NCBI GenBank assembly: GCA_965222615.1
Contig: CBDCUI010000007.1
Span: 512,001-576,000, forward strand
Direction of reading: 5' to 3'
From: Gammaproteobacteria bacterium
GTDB lineage: Bacteria > Pseudomonadota > Gammaproteobacteria > UBA4575
Length of the DNA: 64,000 nucleotides
Position 1 is the first letter of the stretch. Each line of letters starts with the position of its first letter. A program made the translations under genes and the position numbers. The notes beneath the pieces were generated by a model. It saw only the letters and a list, made by a program, of their open reading frames with translations, made no database searches and had not been told where the DNA came from. This document shows, one piece after another, positions 52,024 through 61,263 of the stretch.

Positions 52024-53436
52024 TTACGATTGAAACAACCCCAACTCTTGAATCTTTCTGGTTAAGGTATTTCTGCCCCAACCTAAAAGTTTAGCGGCTT
52101 CTTGGCGTTTGCCTCCCGTCTTGCGCATGGCTGCTTTGATCATCACTGCTTCAAACAAAGGGGTTGCTCGATCCAGAATACCGTCCTCACCTTTAGACAA
52201 CTCATGTTCTGCCCATTCATTTAATAAACTTTGCCAATCCGATGTTTCTTCAGTAGACATCTCGTCTTTAAGCATTTCTGCTGGCAAGTCTTGCATGCGA
52301 ATTTCATTACTGGATGCCATTACTGTTAACCAACGGCATACATTTTCTAACTGGCGAACGTTGCCTGGCCATTCTAATGCACTTAGATACTCTACAACTT
52401 CTGCAGTGAGTTTTTTTGGCTCTGCCGCTAACTCCTGTGCAGAACTTTTCATAAAGTGTTTTAACAGAATAGGAATATCTTCTTTACGTTCACTCAAAGT
52501 AGGCAGGTGAATTCGAATTACGTTTAGACGATGAAATAAATCTTCACGAAATTTTCCACTTTTAACCCTTGCTTCCAAATTTTGATGTGTAGCCGCAATA
52601 ATGCGCACATCGGCCTTGATCGGCTCATGCCCACCCACACGATAAAAATGTCCATCCGACAACACACGTAGTAAACGTGTTTGTAAATCTGCAGGCATAT
52701 CTCCAATTTCATCTAAAAATAATGTGCCTTGATGGGCTTGTTCAAAGCGCCCCTTGCGCTGCGTCTGTGCTCCTGTAAATGCGCCTTTTTCATGCCCGAA
52801 CAATTCGGATTCTAATAAGTCACGAGGAATCGCCGCCATATTCAATGCAATAAATGGTCCTTGGGCACATGGGCTGTGTTCATGCAGTGCCTGTGCGACT
52901 AGTTCTTTTCCCGTTCCTGATGCACCATTGATAAGTACTGTGATATTTGAATTCGATAATCTGCCAATGGCACGAAACACTTCTTGCATGGCAGGCGATT
53001 CACCAATGATTTTTGGTAGCTCTTGAGTAAGTACATTGTCTGTTTCGGTACTTTTGGCTTCGCTCTCATCGGCAGCCAAGCAAGCCCGCTTGGTGAGTTC
53101 CACGGCTTCATCTACATCAAATGGTTTTGGCAAATATTCAAACGCACCTTTTTGATAAGCGCCGACTGCACTTTGTAAATCAGAGTGCGCAGTCATAATA
53201 ATAATGGGTAAGCTTGGGTAATCTGTTTTAATACGATCAAGAAATTCTAATCCATCGATACCCGGCATACGCACATCGGTAAGAATTGCCGATGGTGTTT
53301 GTTGTTCTAATTCACGTATCGCGATACTAGCGGATTCAAAAGTAGTAACCGGTATTTCTGCTTTTTGAAACGCGCGCTCTAAGACCCAGCGCATCGCTTG
53401 ATCATCATCTATTACCCAAACATTCGTACAATTCAT
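52024..53436 (-). CDS. glnG: Nitrogen regulation response regulator NtrC
   Basis: Receiver VIDDD/TDVRMP, GASGTGKE, GAFTGA, FLDEIGD, HTH LGWGRNTLTRK. Confidence 0.98.
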   Translation of the reverse strand: MNCTNVWVIDDDQAMRWVLERAFQKAEIPVTTFESASIAIRELEQQTPSAILTDVRMPGIDGLEFLDRIKTDYPSLPIIIMTAHSDLQSAVGAYQKGAFEYLPKPFDVDEAVELTKRACLAADESEAKSTETDNVLTQELPKIIGESPAMQEVFRAIGRLSNSNITVLINGASGTGKELVAQALHEHSPCAQGPFIALNMAAIPRDLLESELFGHEKGAFTGAQTQRKGRFEQAHQGTLFLDEIGDMPADLQTRLLRVLSDGHFYRVGGHEPIKADVRIIAATHQNLEARVKSGKFREDLFHRLNVIRIHLPTLSERKEDIPILLKHFMKSSAQELAAEPKKLTAEVVEYLSALEWPGNVRQLENVCRWLTVMASSNEIRMQDLPAEMLKDEMSTEETSDWQSLLNEWAEHELSKGEDGILDRATPLFEAVMIKAAMRKTGGKRQEAAKLLGWGRNTLTRKIQELGLFQS

Positions 53437-53441
53437 AGCTT

Positions 53442-54518
53442 CTATACTTGTTTTTCTTTAGTAAAGTAATCTGCACCATTTAATGGTAACAACACTCTAA
53501 ATTCTGTATTCCCAGGAACAGAATCAAATTCGATTAAACCGCCATGCAGATTTATTAAATTTTGTGATATAGGTAGACCCAATCCTGTTCCATTTGCGTT
53601 TCCTGAAACCATTGGGAAAAATATTTGTGGTTGTAATTCTTCGGGAATTCCACAACCATTATCAATGACACTAATTTGTGCCACTAAACGATGACAAATA
53701 TCACCAACGGTGTATTTGCGTAAAACACGAGTTTTAATTGTAATCAGGGCATCAATGTCTACTGCACATACTGCGTTACGTACAATATTAAGGATGGCTT
53801 GCACAAGCAGATCACGGTCGGCTTTGATCAATGGAATACTAGGATCGTAATCGGTATTAAATTTAATTCGACTGGATGCCTCGGCAATGGCTAAATGACG
53901 AATATGCTCAAGTACATCGTGAATATTTATCTCTTGTTTTGCTGGTGTAATGTTTGGTCCGAGCATGCGATCAACAAGTTTTCGCAGGCGATCCGCTTCG
54001 CTAATGATTACGTCTGTGTATTCACGTAAATCTTGATCACTTAGCTCGCCCGATAATAATTGTGCTGCACCGCGTAACCCACCTAGTGGGTTTTTAATTT
54101 CATGCGCAAGTCCACGCAGCATGTTACGCGTGGCGTGACTTTCTAATAGCAGATGCTCTTCACGCGAAATACGTAACAAATGATCTACTTGAGTAATCTC
54201 CAATATACATTCTGATTTTTCTCCCTTGCTCAACATTGGCGTAATTGCACAATTAATAGTCATTTCATTTCCACCCAAGCGTTTAATGCACACTTCTCTT
54301 TGCGAGAAAGGGTGGCCGGTTCGTAATGATTTTTGAATGTGTGAAATAAAATTTCCGTCAACGTCTTGAATAAACTCAGTCAAAGGACGATTCAGAACAT
54401 GGCGAACACCCGTGCCCAAAAGCTCTTCGGCAGCCGGATTGACATAATTCAAGCGAAGTTCTTCATCGAGCAAAAAAATCGCCAAAGTTAAATTATCGAT
54501 AATCTTTTTATGTTCCAT
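53442..54518 (-). CDS. glnL: Nitrogen regulation sensor kinase NtrB
   Basis: PAS, LAHEIKNPLGGLRGAAQLL, DYDPSIP, FFPMVSG..GTGLGL; start moved to ATG 54518 because the sigma54 start site falls near 54574. Confidence 0.96.
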   Translation of the reverse strand: MEHKKIIDNLTLAIFLLDEELRLNYVNPAAEELLGTGVRHVLNRPLTEFIQDVDGNFISHIQKSLRTGHPFSQREVCIKRLGGNEMTINCAITPMLSKGEKSECILEITQVDHLLRISREEHLLLESHATRNMLRGLAHEIKNPLGGLRGAAQLLSGELSDQDLREYTDVIISEADRLRKLVDRMLGPNITPAKQEINIHDVLEHIRHLAIAEASSRIKFNTDYDPSIPLIKADRDLLVQAILNIVRNAVCAVDIDALITIKTRVLRKYTVGDICHRLVAQISVIDNGCGIPEELQPQIFFPMVSGNANGTGLGLPISQNLINLHGGLIEFDSVPGNTEFRVLLPLNGADYFTKEKQV

Positions 54519-54584
54519 GGCATGCGCAACATTTGGAATCTCGCCAAATACATGTTTTAAAACGGTAGTCATGCTGGTATTCAG

Positions 54585-54600
54585 TGCAATAATCGATCCA
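54585..54600 (-). promoter_or_regulatory. sigma54 -24/-12 promoter of ntrBC
   Basis: TGGATCGATTATTGCA, GG-N10-GC. Confidence 0.7.
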
Positions 54601-54661
54601 ATGTCTTTACATAATCTAAGCTAATGAAATCAACGGCTTAGCTCATACATACATGAATTAT

Positions 54662-54719
54662 AGCACTGAAATAGTGCATTAGCGTCATTCTAGGGCGCAG
54701 TATGCACTAAAATAGGGCT
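54662..54719. promoter_or_regulatory. NtrC binding sites upstream of ntrB
   Basis: AGCACTGAAATAGTGCA (54662-54678) and TGCACTAAAATAGGGCT (54703-54719) versus TGCACC-N5-GGTGCA. Confidence 0.8.
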
Positions 54720-54750
54720 AATGAGAAAGTAAAATACTTAGTACTGCAAA

Positions 54751-55428
54751 TTAGGGCAAAGTAGGTGGCGGTGGAGGAGGTGGTCGTTGTGGGAGCTTAG
54801 TATTGGTCGGGATATTAAACGAGTTGCTGCCATCACCACTATTGCCTTCATTGTTATCACCGCCTTCACCTCCGTCGTTAGCTGAATTAACAGTATTCTG
54901 CAGACGTGAATAGCGGTGTAATGTGAAACTTACCGGCTCAGAGCTAATTAAAGTACGGCCATTGCGAGCCACGATCGTTGCCTTTACTACATGGGTGCCT
55001 CGATCAACATTTTTTACCGTTACACTACCTTCGGTACCTTTGTAGACTTGTTTACCTCCAAGTATCACAACATATTTGTGACCTCGGCGTGTGTTCAGTG
55101 CCGGGCTAGCTTGAAAGGTAATATTCACTACACCTGAGTTATCACGAATACTCGTATCATTTCCTGGCGCAGTGATGGTTAAAGCTTGATAACCATTATT
55201 CTCTTTTTGTGTAGAGGAGCTCGATGTTGAGCTTGGCGAAGTGGTAAGTGGCTTGGTTTCAATTAATGTAGGTAATTTATCGGTCTTCACCTCTTCAGGT
55301 TGTGCGCATTCAGTAGGATTGTCGGTATATATGGTGTTGCCATCCTTATCTTTGCAGGTATAGATACGTGCCTGAGCGATGTTTACACAGACAATAACGA
55401 CTAGTAGTAATAACAAACTTCCACGCAT
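54751..55428 (-). CDS. DUF4124-domain secreted protein with Ig-like C-terminal part
   Basis: Signal peptide, IYTCKDKDGNTIYTDNP, DRGTH; usual position between glnA and ntrB; Gly/Asn and poly-Pro tail. Confidence 0.75.
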   Translation of the reverse strand: MRGSLLLLLVVIVCVNIAQARIYTCKDKDGNTIYTDNPTECAQPEEVKTDKLPTLIETKPLTTSPSSTSSSSTQKENNGYQALTITAPGNDTSIRDNSGVVNITFQASPALNTRRGHKYVVILGGKQVYKGTEGSVTVKNVDRGTHVVKATIVARNGRTLISSEPVSFTLHRYSRLQNTVNSANDGGEGGDNNEGNSGDGSNSFNIPTNTKLPQRPPPPPPPTLP

Positions 55429-55514
55429 CTTAAAAACTCAGGCTTAAAACTCCATCAACATGAATATAGTACTCTCTGATAGTAATTATGACTCAGGAAT
55501 TGTCGCCCAAGTTG

Positions 55515-55546
55515 CACAAAAAACGCCTCAAATGAGGCGTTTTGTG
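55515..55546 (-). terminator. Rho-independent terminator after glnA
   Basis: AAAACGCCTCA-AA-TGAGGCGTTTT with longer T run on the minus strand. Confidence 0.85.
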
Positions 55547-55579
55547 ACTGAATACTCGAGTTTGTAGGGTTTTAGCAGC

Positions 55580-56989
55580 TTAGCAGCTGTAGTACATATC
55601 AAACTCAATCGGATGGGTAGACATGCGTAAGGCAGTGACTTCATCCATCTTTAAATCGATATAGCCATCAATGCAGTCATCTGAGAATACACCACCAGCT
55701 TTAAGAAAGTCGCGATCGTTATCCAGTGCTTCCAATGCTTGATCGAGTGAAGCACAAACCGTTGGAATTTTTGCTTCTTCTTCAGGCGGCAGATCATACA
55801 GATCTTTGTCAATTGCTGGGCCTGGATCAATCTGATTTTGAATCCCATCTAACCCCGCCATTAACATCGCAGCAAACGTCAGGTATGGATTGCCCGTAGG
55901 ATCACCAAAACGAACCTCGATCCTGCGTCCTTTTGGATTACTCTCATAGGGAATACGAATGGATGCCGAGCGATTGCGCGCAGAATATGCCAGCATTACC
56001 GGCGCTTCAAAACCTGGAACCAGTCGTTTGTAGCTATTGGTACTAGCATTAGAGAATGCATTGATTGCACGCGCATGTTTAATAATGCCGCCGATATAAA
56101 ACATGGCCGTTTGCGAAAGATTACCGTATAGGTCCCCTGCAAATAAATTATCACCATCTTTGACTAAAGACTGATGTACATGCATGCCACTGCCATTGTC
56201 ACCAACGATAGGTTTGGGCATAAACGTAGCGGTTTTACCATAGTTGTGCGCAACATTGAGTACGACATATTTTAAAATTTGGTTCCAGTCTGCACGCTTA
56301 GTCAGGGTGTTATAAAGAGTACCAATTTCGCATTGTCCGGCTGTGCCCACCTCGTGGTGATGTACCTCAACTGTCACACCCATTTCTTCTAATACCTGGC
56401 ACATGGCCGAACGCAAATCTTGTAATGAATCCACTGGAGGCACTGGAAAATAACCGCCTTTAACGCCTGGGCGATGTCCAATATTGCCTTCTTCAAATCC
56501 CTTGTTTGAATTCCAAGCCGATTCATCCGAGTCAATGGCATAGGAAGCACTGGACATTTCATTCAACCATTTGATGTCGTCAAACACGAAAAACTCAGGC
56601 TCAGGGCCAAAGTTAGCGGTGTCGGCAATGCCTGTTGAGCGCAAATAGGCCTCAGCCCGTTTTGCTACCGAACGAGGGTCACGACCGTAACCTTCCATAG
56701 TAGAAGGTTCAAGAATATCGCAGCGTAGAATGAGTGTGGGGTCACTGAAAAACGGATCTATTACCGCCGTGCTTGGATCCGGCATTAATATCATGTCGGA
56801 CTCATTAATTCCTTTCCAACCTGCAATAGAAGAGCCATCAAACATTTTGCCTTTTTCAAAAATATCCTCTTCGATGACTGTAGCAGGTACAGAGACATGT
56901 TGTTCTTTACCTCGTGTATCAGTAAATCGAAAATCAACGAATTTAACATCGTTGTCACTCATCATCTTCATTACATCGCTCGCGGACAT
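55580..56989 (-). CDS. glnA: Glutamine synthetase type I
   Basis: [27 protein letters not shown], adenylylation site DLYDLP. Confidence 0.99.
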   Translation of the reverse strand: MSASDVMKMMSDNDVKFVDFRFTDTRGKEQHVSVPATVIEEDIFEKGKMFDGSSIAGWKGINESDMILMPDPSTAVIDPFFSDPTLILRCDILEPSTMEGYGRDPRSVAKRAEAYLRSTGIADTANFGPEPEFFVFDDIKWLNEMSSASYAIDSDESAWNSNKGFEEGNIGHRPGVKGGYFPVPPVDSLQDLRSAMCQVLEEMGVTVEVHHHEVGTAGQCEIGTLYNTLTKRADWNQILKYVVLNVAHNYGKTATFMPKPIVGDNGSGMHVHQSLVKDGDNLFAGDLYGNLSQTAMFYIGGIIKHARAINAFSNASTNSYKRLVPGFEAPVMLAYSARNRSASIRIPYESNPKGRRIEVRFGDPTGNPYLTFAAMLMAGLDGIQNQIDPGPAIDKDLYDLPPEEEAKIPTVCASLDQALEALDNDRDFLKAGGVFSDDCIDGYIDLKMDEVTALRMSTHPIEFDMYYSC

Positions 56990-57073
56990 TAGGTTTCTCC
57001 TTAGCTTTTCGACTCGAATGTTATTCTTATGGTCGTGGTTAATTGCTAACCACGTACTCTCGACATCCTCTAA

Positions 57074-57090
57074 AGCACATTACGTGCCAG
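57074..57090 (-). promoter_or_regulatory. sigma54 promoter of glnA
   Basis: CTGGCACGTAATGTGCT, GG-N10-GC. Confidence 0.88.
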
Positions 57091-57173
57091 TAACATTGGA
57101 TGCACTTTATTGAGGCCAGGGCGGCATTATACGCGGCTTGCAGGCGATAGAAAGATCAATAAAGTAGGTTATT

Positions 57174-57212
57174 TGCACCAGGATAGTGCTTTATAAGCAC
57201 CAGAACAGTGCT
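57174..57212. promoter_or_regulatory. Tandem NtrC enhancer sites
   Basis: TGCACCAGGATAGTGCT and AGCACCAGAACAGTGCT, about 110-150 bp upstream of the predicted glnA start site. Confidence 0.88.
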
Positions 57213-57565
57213 TGTTGTTTGGAATTATTCTGCAGCTCTATAACACAAACGCCAAACTTACACGTTGAGCTTTAGTGAACAATGGAACCCTTGTTCATGG
57301 ATTTTTCCTACACCTCGACTTAGTCAAACATCGAGGACATAAACGCAAATCAATACAAGACTGGAGCATTAACTGCTGAAGAAATTGAACTTAAAAAAGT
57401 AGATATACATCACATCGGCAATGCCGAAATTTGTCACCAAAGGCCAAATTCTGGGGACAAAATTGGTCCAATTTGCGACTAAGGGTGTTTGTTAGCAAAT
57501 GCTAATACACACTTAACCTACCCTATGTCAGTAAGTTAATTACACTACTTCAAGTCGCCAAAAAG

Positions 57566-57582
57566 CTGGCATAGCCCTTGCT
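57566..57582 (+). promoter_or_regulatory. sigma54 promoter of the GGA-rich RNA
   Basis: CTGGCATAGCCCTTGCT, GG-N10-GC; first AGGGA motif lies just after the predicted +1. Confidence 0.78.
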
Positions 57583-57592
57583 CAAATAGCTA

Positions 57593-58030
57593 GTAATAGG
57601 GACGTTTTTATTTGCCAGGGATTGGCGAAACTATTTTAGACAAGGAGGTCAACATGGTCGGCAACACGGACGTACTCACAACATTATATGTTGTATGGAT
57701 CGCCGCTAGTGTAGCAGCGCTGGCTTGGGCCTATCGCGACACAGTGAAACAAAAACTTTGTGGCGTAAAAAAAGGCGCTTAAACACTAACAAGGATTCAT
57801 GGTGATAAGTGTTGAGCTTATCACGATGTGTAAGGATACGGACTTGTATGCAAGTGATACGGATATCTACTTTGCAAATCAAGTCACCATATTTAAGGAA
57901 TTTGCTAATGGTATGGATACCATGGCAAGCAAGGAAGCAACTGAATAGCTCATGCATCAGGAGAGCTTTTTACTTTAAGTCTTAGGGATGAGAGCTGCGT
58001 GACAGGGACGTCAACTCGCAGCTTCTTCAT
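57593..58030 (+). ncRNA. CsrB/Rsm-like CsrA-titrating RNA (candidate dual-function RNA)
   Basis: 15 GGA (14 ANGGA) on + strand versus none on - strand; many in short hairpin loops; ends in AGCTGCG...CGCAGCT hairpin plus pyrimidine tail. Confidence 0.72.
57654..57782 (+). CDS. 42-aa single-TM small protein (not in the ORF track)
   Basis: SD AAGGAGGT just upstream of ATG; MVGNTDVLTTLYVVWIAASVAALAWAYRDTVKQKLCGVKKGA, hydrophobic helix then basic tail. Confidence 0.65.
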   Translation: MVGNTDVLTTLYVVWIAASVAALAWAYRDTVKQKLCGVKKGA

Positions 58031-58114
58031 TCAAACTTCAATATATTCATTCATATGCTGGTCGCAGGACGGACGCATCGCTATACTCACGCTGCGTCAT
58101 TTGCCAGCAAAGAC

Positions 58115-59026
58115 ATGCCAAAGCCTCGATCAACACAAACTCAGATATCTTTTCAAGATCTAGTGCATAAACTTGAACAGTTTTGGGCTGCTCAGGGCTG
58201 TGTAATTGAACAACCGTATGACTTGGAAATGGGTGCAGCAACGTTTCATCCCGCCACATTTTTACGGGCTCTTGGACCAGAGCCTTGGCATGCTGCTTAT
58301 CCACAACCTTGTCGTCGCCCGACCGATGGACGTTATGGAGACAATCCAAATCGCTTGCAGCGTTACTTTCAGTTTCAGGTAATTTTAAAACCCTCACCAG
58401 ATAATATTCAGGATCTCTACTTAGAATCACTAATCAAATTGAATATTGATCCTCTGGTTCACGATATCCGTTTTGTCGAGGATAACTGGGAATCTCCAAC
58501 CTTAGGAGCATGGGGACTAGGCTGGGAAGTTTGGTTGGACGGCATGGAAATCTCTCAATTTACTTACTTTCAACAAGTGGGGGGATTAGATTGTAATCCA
58601 GTCAGTGGAGAAATTACCTATGGACTAGAACGTATCGCCATGTATTTACAAAACAAGGACAGCGTTTACGATTTAATTTGGACACAGCGGCAAGGTAAAG
58701 ACATAAGCTACGGAGAAATTTATCAACAAAATGAAAAAGAACAATCCGCCTATAATTTTGAACATGCCGATACAGAATTTTTATTCGCATCTTTTGATGC
58801 TCACGAAAAAGAATGCAATCAGCTTGTTGAGCTAGAACTTCCTATTGCAGCTTATGACCATGTATTAAAATGTTCACATGCATTCAATTTATTAGATGCG
58901 CGACAGGTGATTTCCGTAACGGAACGACAACAATATATTTTACGAATCCGTCGTTTAGCACAAGCCGTTGCAACAGGTTATTTCGAAAGCCGTGAAAACA
59001 TAAGCTTTCCTTTACTCAACAAATAA
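58115..59026 (+). CDS. glyQ: Glycine--tRNA ligase alpha subunit
   Basis: FQDL...[39 protein letters not shown]; start placed at ATG 58115. Confidence 0.98.
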   Translation: MPKPRSTQTQISFQDLVHKLEQFWAAQGCVIEQPYDLEMGAATFHPATFLRALGPEPWHAAYPQPCRRPTDGRYGDNPNRLQRYFQFQVILKPSPDNIQDLYLESLIKLNIDPLVHDIRFVEDNWESPTLGAWGLGWEVWLDGMEISQFTYFQQVGGLDCNPVSGEITYGLERIAMYLQNKDSVYDLIWTQRQGKDISYGEIYQQNEKEQSAYNFEHADTEFLFASFDAHEKECNQLVELELPIAAYDHVLKCSHAFNLLDARQVISVTERQQYILRIRRLAQAVATGYFESRENISFPLLNK

Positions 59027-59035
59027 ATTCTAAGC

Positions 59036-61111
59036 ATGAGTGACAAACGAGATTTATTAGTTGAGTTAGGCACAGAAGACTTGCCTGCACGTTTACTATC
59101 CAACCTCACCAATGAATTTGGTGAGAATTTAAAAGCACAATTATCAGATGCAGGACTTGAATTTATTGACTGTAAAGTTTTTTGCACACCACGTAGATTA
59201 GCCATCATTATTGAAGGCCTTGATAGCCGTCAACGAGATCAACAAATACAGCGCAAGGGGCCTAGCAAAGATAAGGCATTTGATAATGAAGGCAATCCAA
59301 CGCAAGCTGCCGTAGGCTTTGCGCGATCATGTGGTGTCGAAGTTGCACAGTTGGAGATTGACCACTCTGAGGCACAACCACGGCTACTCTTTCATGAACA
59401 TAAGCCGGGTGAAAATACTGTAGCGCTCTTACCACAATACTTAGAAACCTCGATAAAAAGATTGTCCATTCCTAAACGTATGCGTTGGAATGAAACCGGC
59501 GCAGAATTTATCCGGCCGGTACGCTGGCTATTGGTTATTTTTGGCACAAGCGTGGTACCCGTTTCATTATTTGGACAGCAAGCAGACAATCTTACTTATG
59601 GTCATCGATTTCACCATCCAGCAAGTATTGAAGTGGGCCAGGTCCTTGATTATGAAAACTTGTTGCATGAAAAAGGACAAGTGATTGCCGACTTTAGTAA
59701 GCGCAGACAATTGATTATCGACCAAGTAAGCTCGTTGGCGAAAAAGGCAAAGGCTAAACCCGCCTATAGCGCGGCTTTACTAGACGAAATCACCAGCTTG
59801 GTAGAGTGGCCACGTGCGTTGTTAGGCAGTTTTGATAAAAAATTTTTAGCCGTACACAAAGAGCTGTTAATCAACACCATGCAGGATAACCAAAAATATA
59901 TCCCTTTATTAAATAAAGAGGGTGAGCTTGCCCCCAAATTTATTGTGATAAGTAACATCGAGAGTAAAAATCCCGAAAGCGTTATACAAGGTAATGAAAA
60001 AGTTATCGTGCCGCGTTTTGAAGACGCGATGTTTTTCTGGAAAAGAGATAAAGGCAATAAACTAGAAGACAATTTAATAAAACTTGAAAGTGTAGTTTAT
60101 GAAAAACAATTGGGTACGCTTAAAGATAAAACTGATCGCATGGTAAAACTTTCTGCTTATTTGTCTAAGTTTACCCATGCGGATCAGTCACATTGTGAAC
60201 GTGCAGCAAAACTAAGTAAGTGTGACTTAGTCACTGAGACCGTGGCAGAGTTTCCAAAACTACAAGGGATTGTGGGTAGAAATTTAGCTTTATTAAATGC
60301 CGAAGAGCAAGAAGTGAGTCAAGCGCTAGAAGAACAATATCTGCCGTTACAAGCAGGCGGTGAATTACCAAACACCACTACAGGACAAACCCTTGCACTT
60401 GCCGATCGCCTAGATACCTTAATTGGAATTTTCGCCATTGGCAAAAAACCGACGGGGCTTAAAGACCCATACGGATTACGACGCGCTTCATTAGCTGTGT
60501 TGCGGATACTAATTGAAAAAGATATTGACCTTGATCTTCGACAAATCTTACAAACCACTGCAAATCTTTTCCCAAAAGACCTCAATGCTGCTTCTGTTGT
60601 TGGTGATGTATATGATTATATTACTGAGCGGTTGCGTGGCTATTTTTCTGATCAGGGTATAGCCATAGATACCGTTGATTCCGTTTTAGCCAATCGCCCC
60701 AACTCACCTAAAGATATCGCCGCACGTGTACAAGCCTTAGGTAATTTTCGCAAATTACCTAATGCTGAAAGCCTTGCTGCTGCTAATAAGCGTATTCGCA
60801 ATATATTGAAAAAAATCGATCGTGACTCAATTGGTCAAGTAAACAAGAGTTTATTGAGAGAAAATGCCGAGAATGACTTAAATGATGCATTAGAAAAACT
60901 ATCTAAAGATGTTGAAATCCATTTTCATCAACATGAATATGAACAAGCGCTAAATAAACTTGCAGACTTGCGTCAGCCTGTAGATACTTTTTTTGATGAT
61001 GTAATGGTAATGGATGAAGATGAGGCATTAAAAACTAACCGTATTGCATTACTTGCTAAAATTGATTCCTTATTTATGCATGTTGCAGATTTCTCAAGAC
61101 TACAGTCATAA
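59036..61111 (+). CDS. glyS: Glycine--tRNA ligase beta subunit
   Basis: LLVELGTEDLP, TPRRLA, FIRPVRW, DPYGLRR, FFDDVMVM. Confidence 0.98.
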   Translation: MSDKRDLLVELGTEDLPARLLSNLTNEFGENLKAQLSDAGLEFIDCKVFCTPRRLAIIIEGLDSRQRDQQIQRKGPSKDKAFDNEGNPTQAAVGFARSCGVEVAQLEIDHSEAQPRLLFHEHKPGENTVALLPQYLETSIKRLSIPKRMRWNETGAEFIRPVRWLLVIFGTSVVPVSLFGQQADNLTYGHRFHHPASIEVGQVLDYENLLHEKGQVIADFSKRRQLIIDQVSSLAKKAKAKPAYSAALLDEITSLVEWPRALLGSFDKKFLAVHKELLINTMQDNQKYIPLLNKEGELAPKFIVISNIESKNPESVIQGNEKVIVPRFEDAMFFWKRDKGNKLEDNLIKLESVVYEKQLGTLKDKTDRMVKLSAYLSKFTHADQSHCERAAKLSKCDLVTETVAEFPKLQGIVGRNLALLNAEEQEVSQALEEQYLPLQAGGELPNTTTGQTLALADRLDTLIGIFAIGKKPTGLKDPYGLRRASLAVLRILIEKDIDLDLRQILQTTANLFPKDLNAASVVGDVYDYITERLRGYFSDQGIAIDTVDSVLANRPNSPKDIAARVQALGNFRKLPNAESLAAANKRIRNILKKIDRDSIGQVNKSLLRENAENDLNDALEKLSKDVEIHFHQHEYEQALNKLADLRQPVDTFFDDVMVMDEDEALKTNRIALLAKIDSLFMHVADFSRLQS

Positions 61112-61116
61112 AAATA

Positions 61117-61249
61117 TATGGAAACTTTGATTTATCCTGATATAAAGTTAAAAAATGTCTCAAAATTCTCATGTATTCGCCTATACACTGCACTTTCTCA
61201 GCATTTTACCTCATCTCAGTCATTTCATTAATAAACCAGAGCTTCCATA
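61117..61249 (-). mobile_element. MITE/ERIC-RPE-like palindromic element, copy E (inverted)
   Basis: TATGGAAACTTTGATTTAT...ATAAACCAGAGCTTCCATA; interior CTCATGTAT and ATCTCAGTCATTTCATTAATAAA shared with copy C. Confidence 0.88.
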
Positions 61250-61263
61250 GGTAGTATTTAGCT

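Larger units (their letters stand above)
50544..52115. mobile_element. ~1.5-kb integrase-less islet inserted at the ntrC 3' end
   Basis: Direct repeats of the ntrC terminus bracket mobile mystery genes A and B. Confidence 0.75.

Noticed and set aside
54751-54880. Gly/Asn-rich and poly-Pro tail of the DUF4124 protein as a repeat element
   Set aside because: Low-complexity coding sequence with mixed codons and no DNA-level repeat unit
57706-57957. 83-aa minus-strand ORF in the glnA-glyQ spacer
   Set aside because: No SD or motif; promoter, SD and GGA bias all point to the + strand
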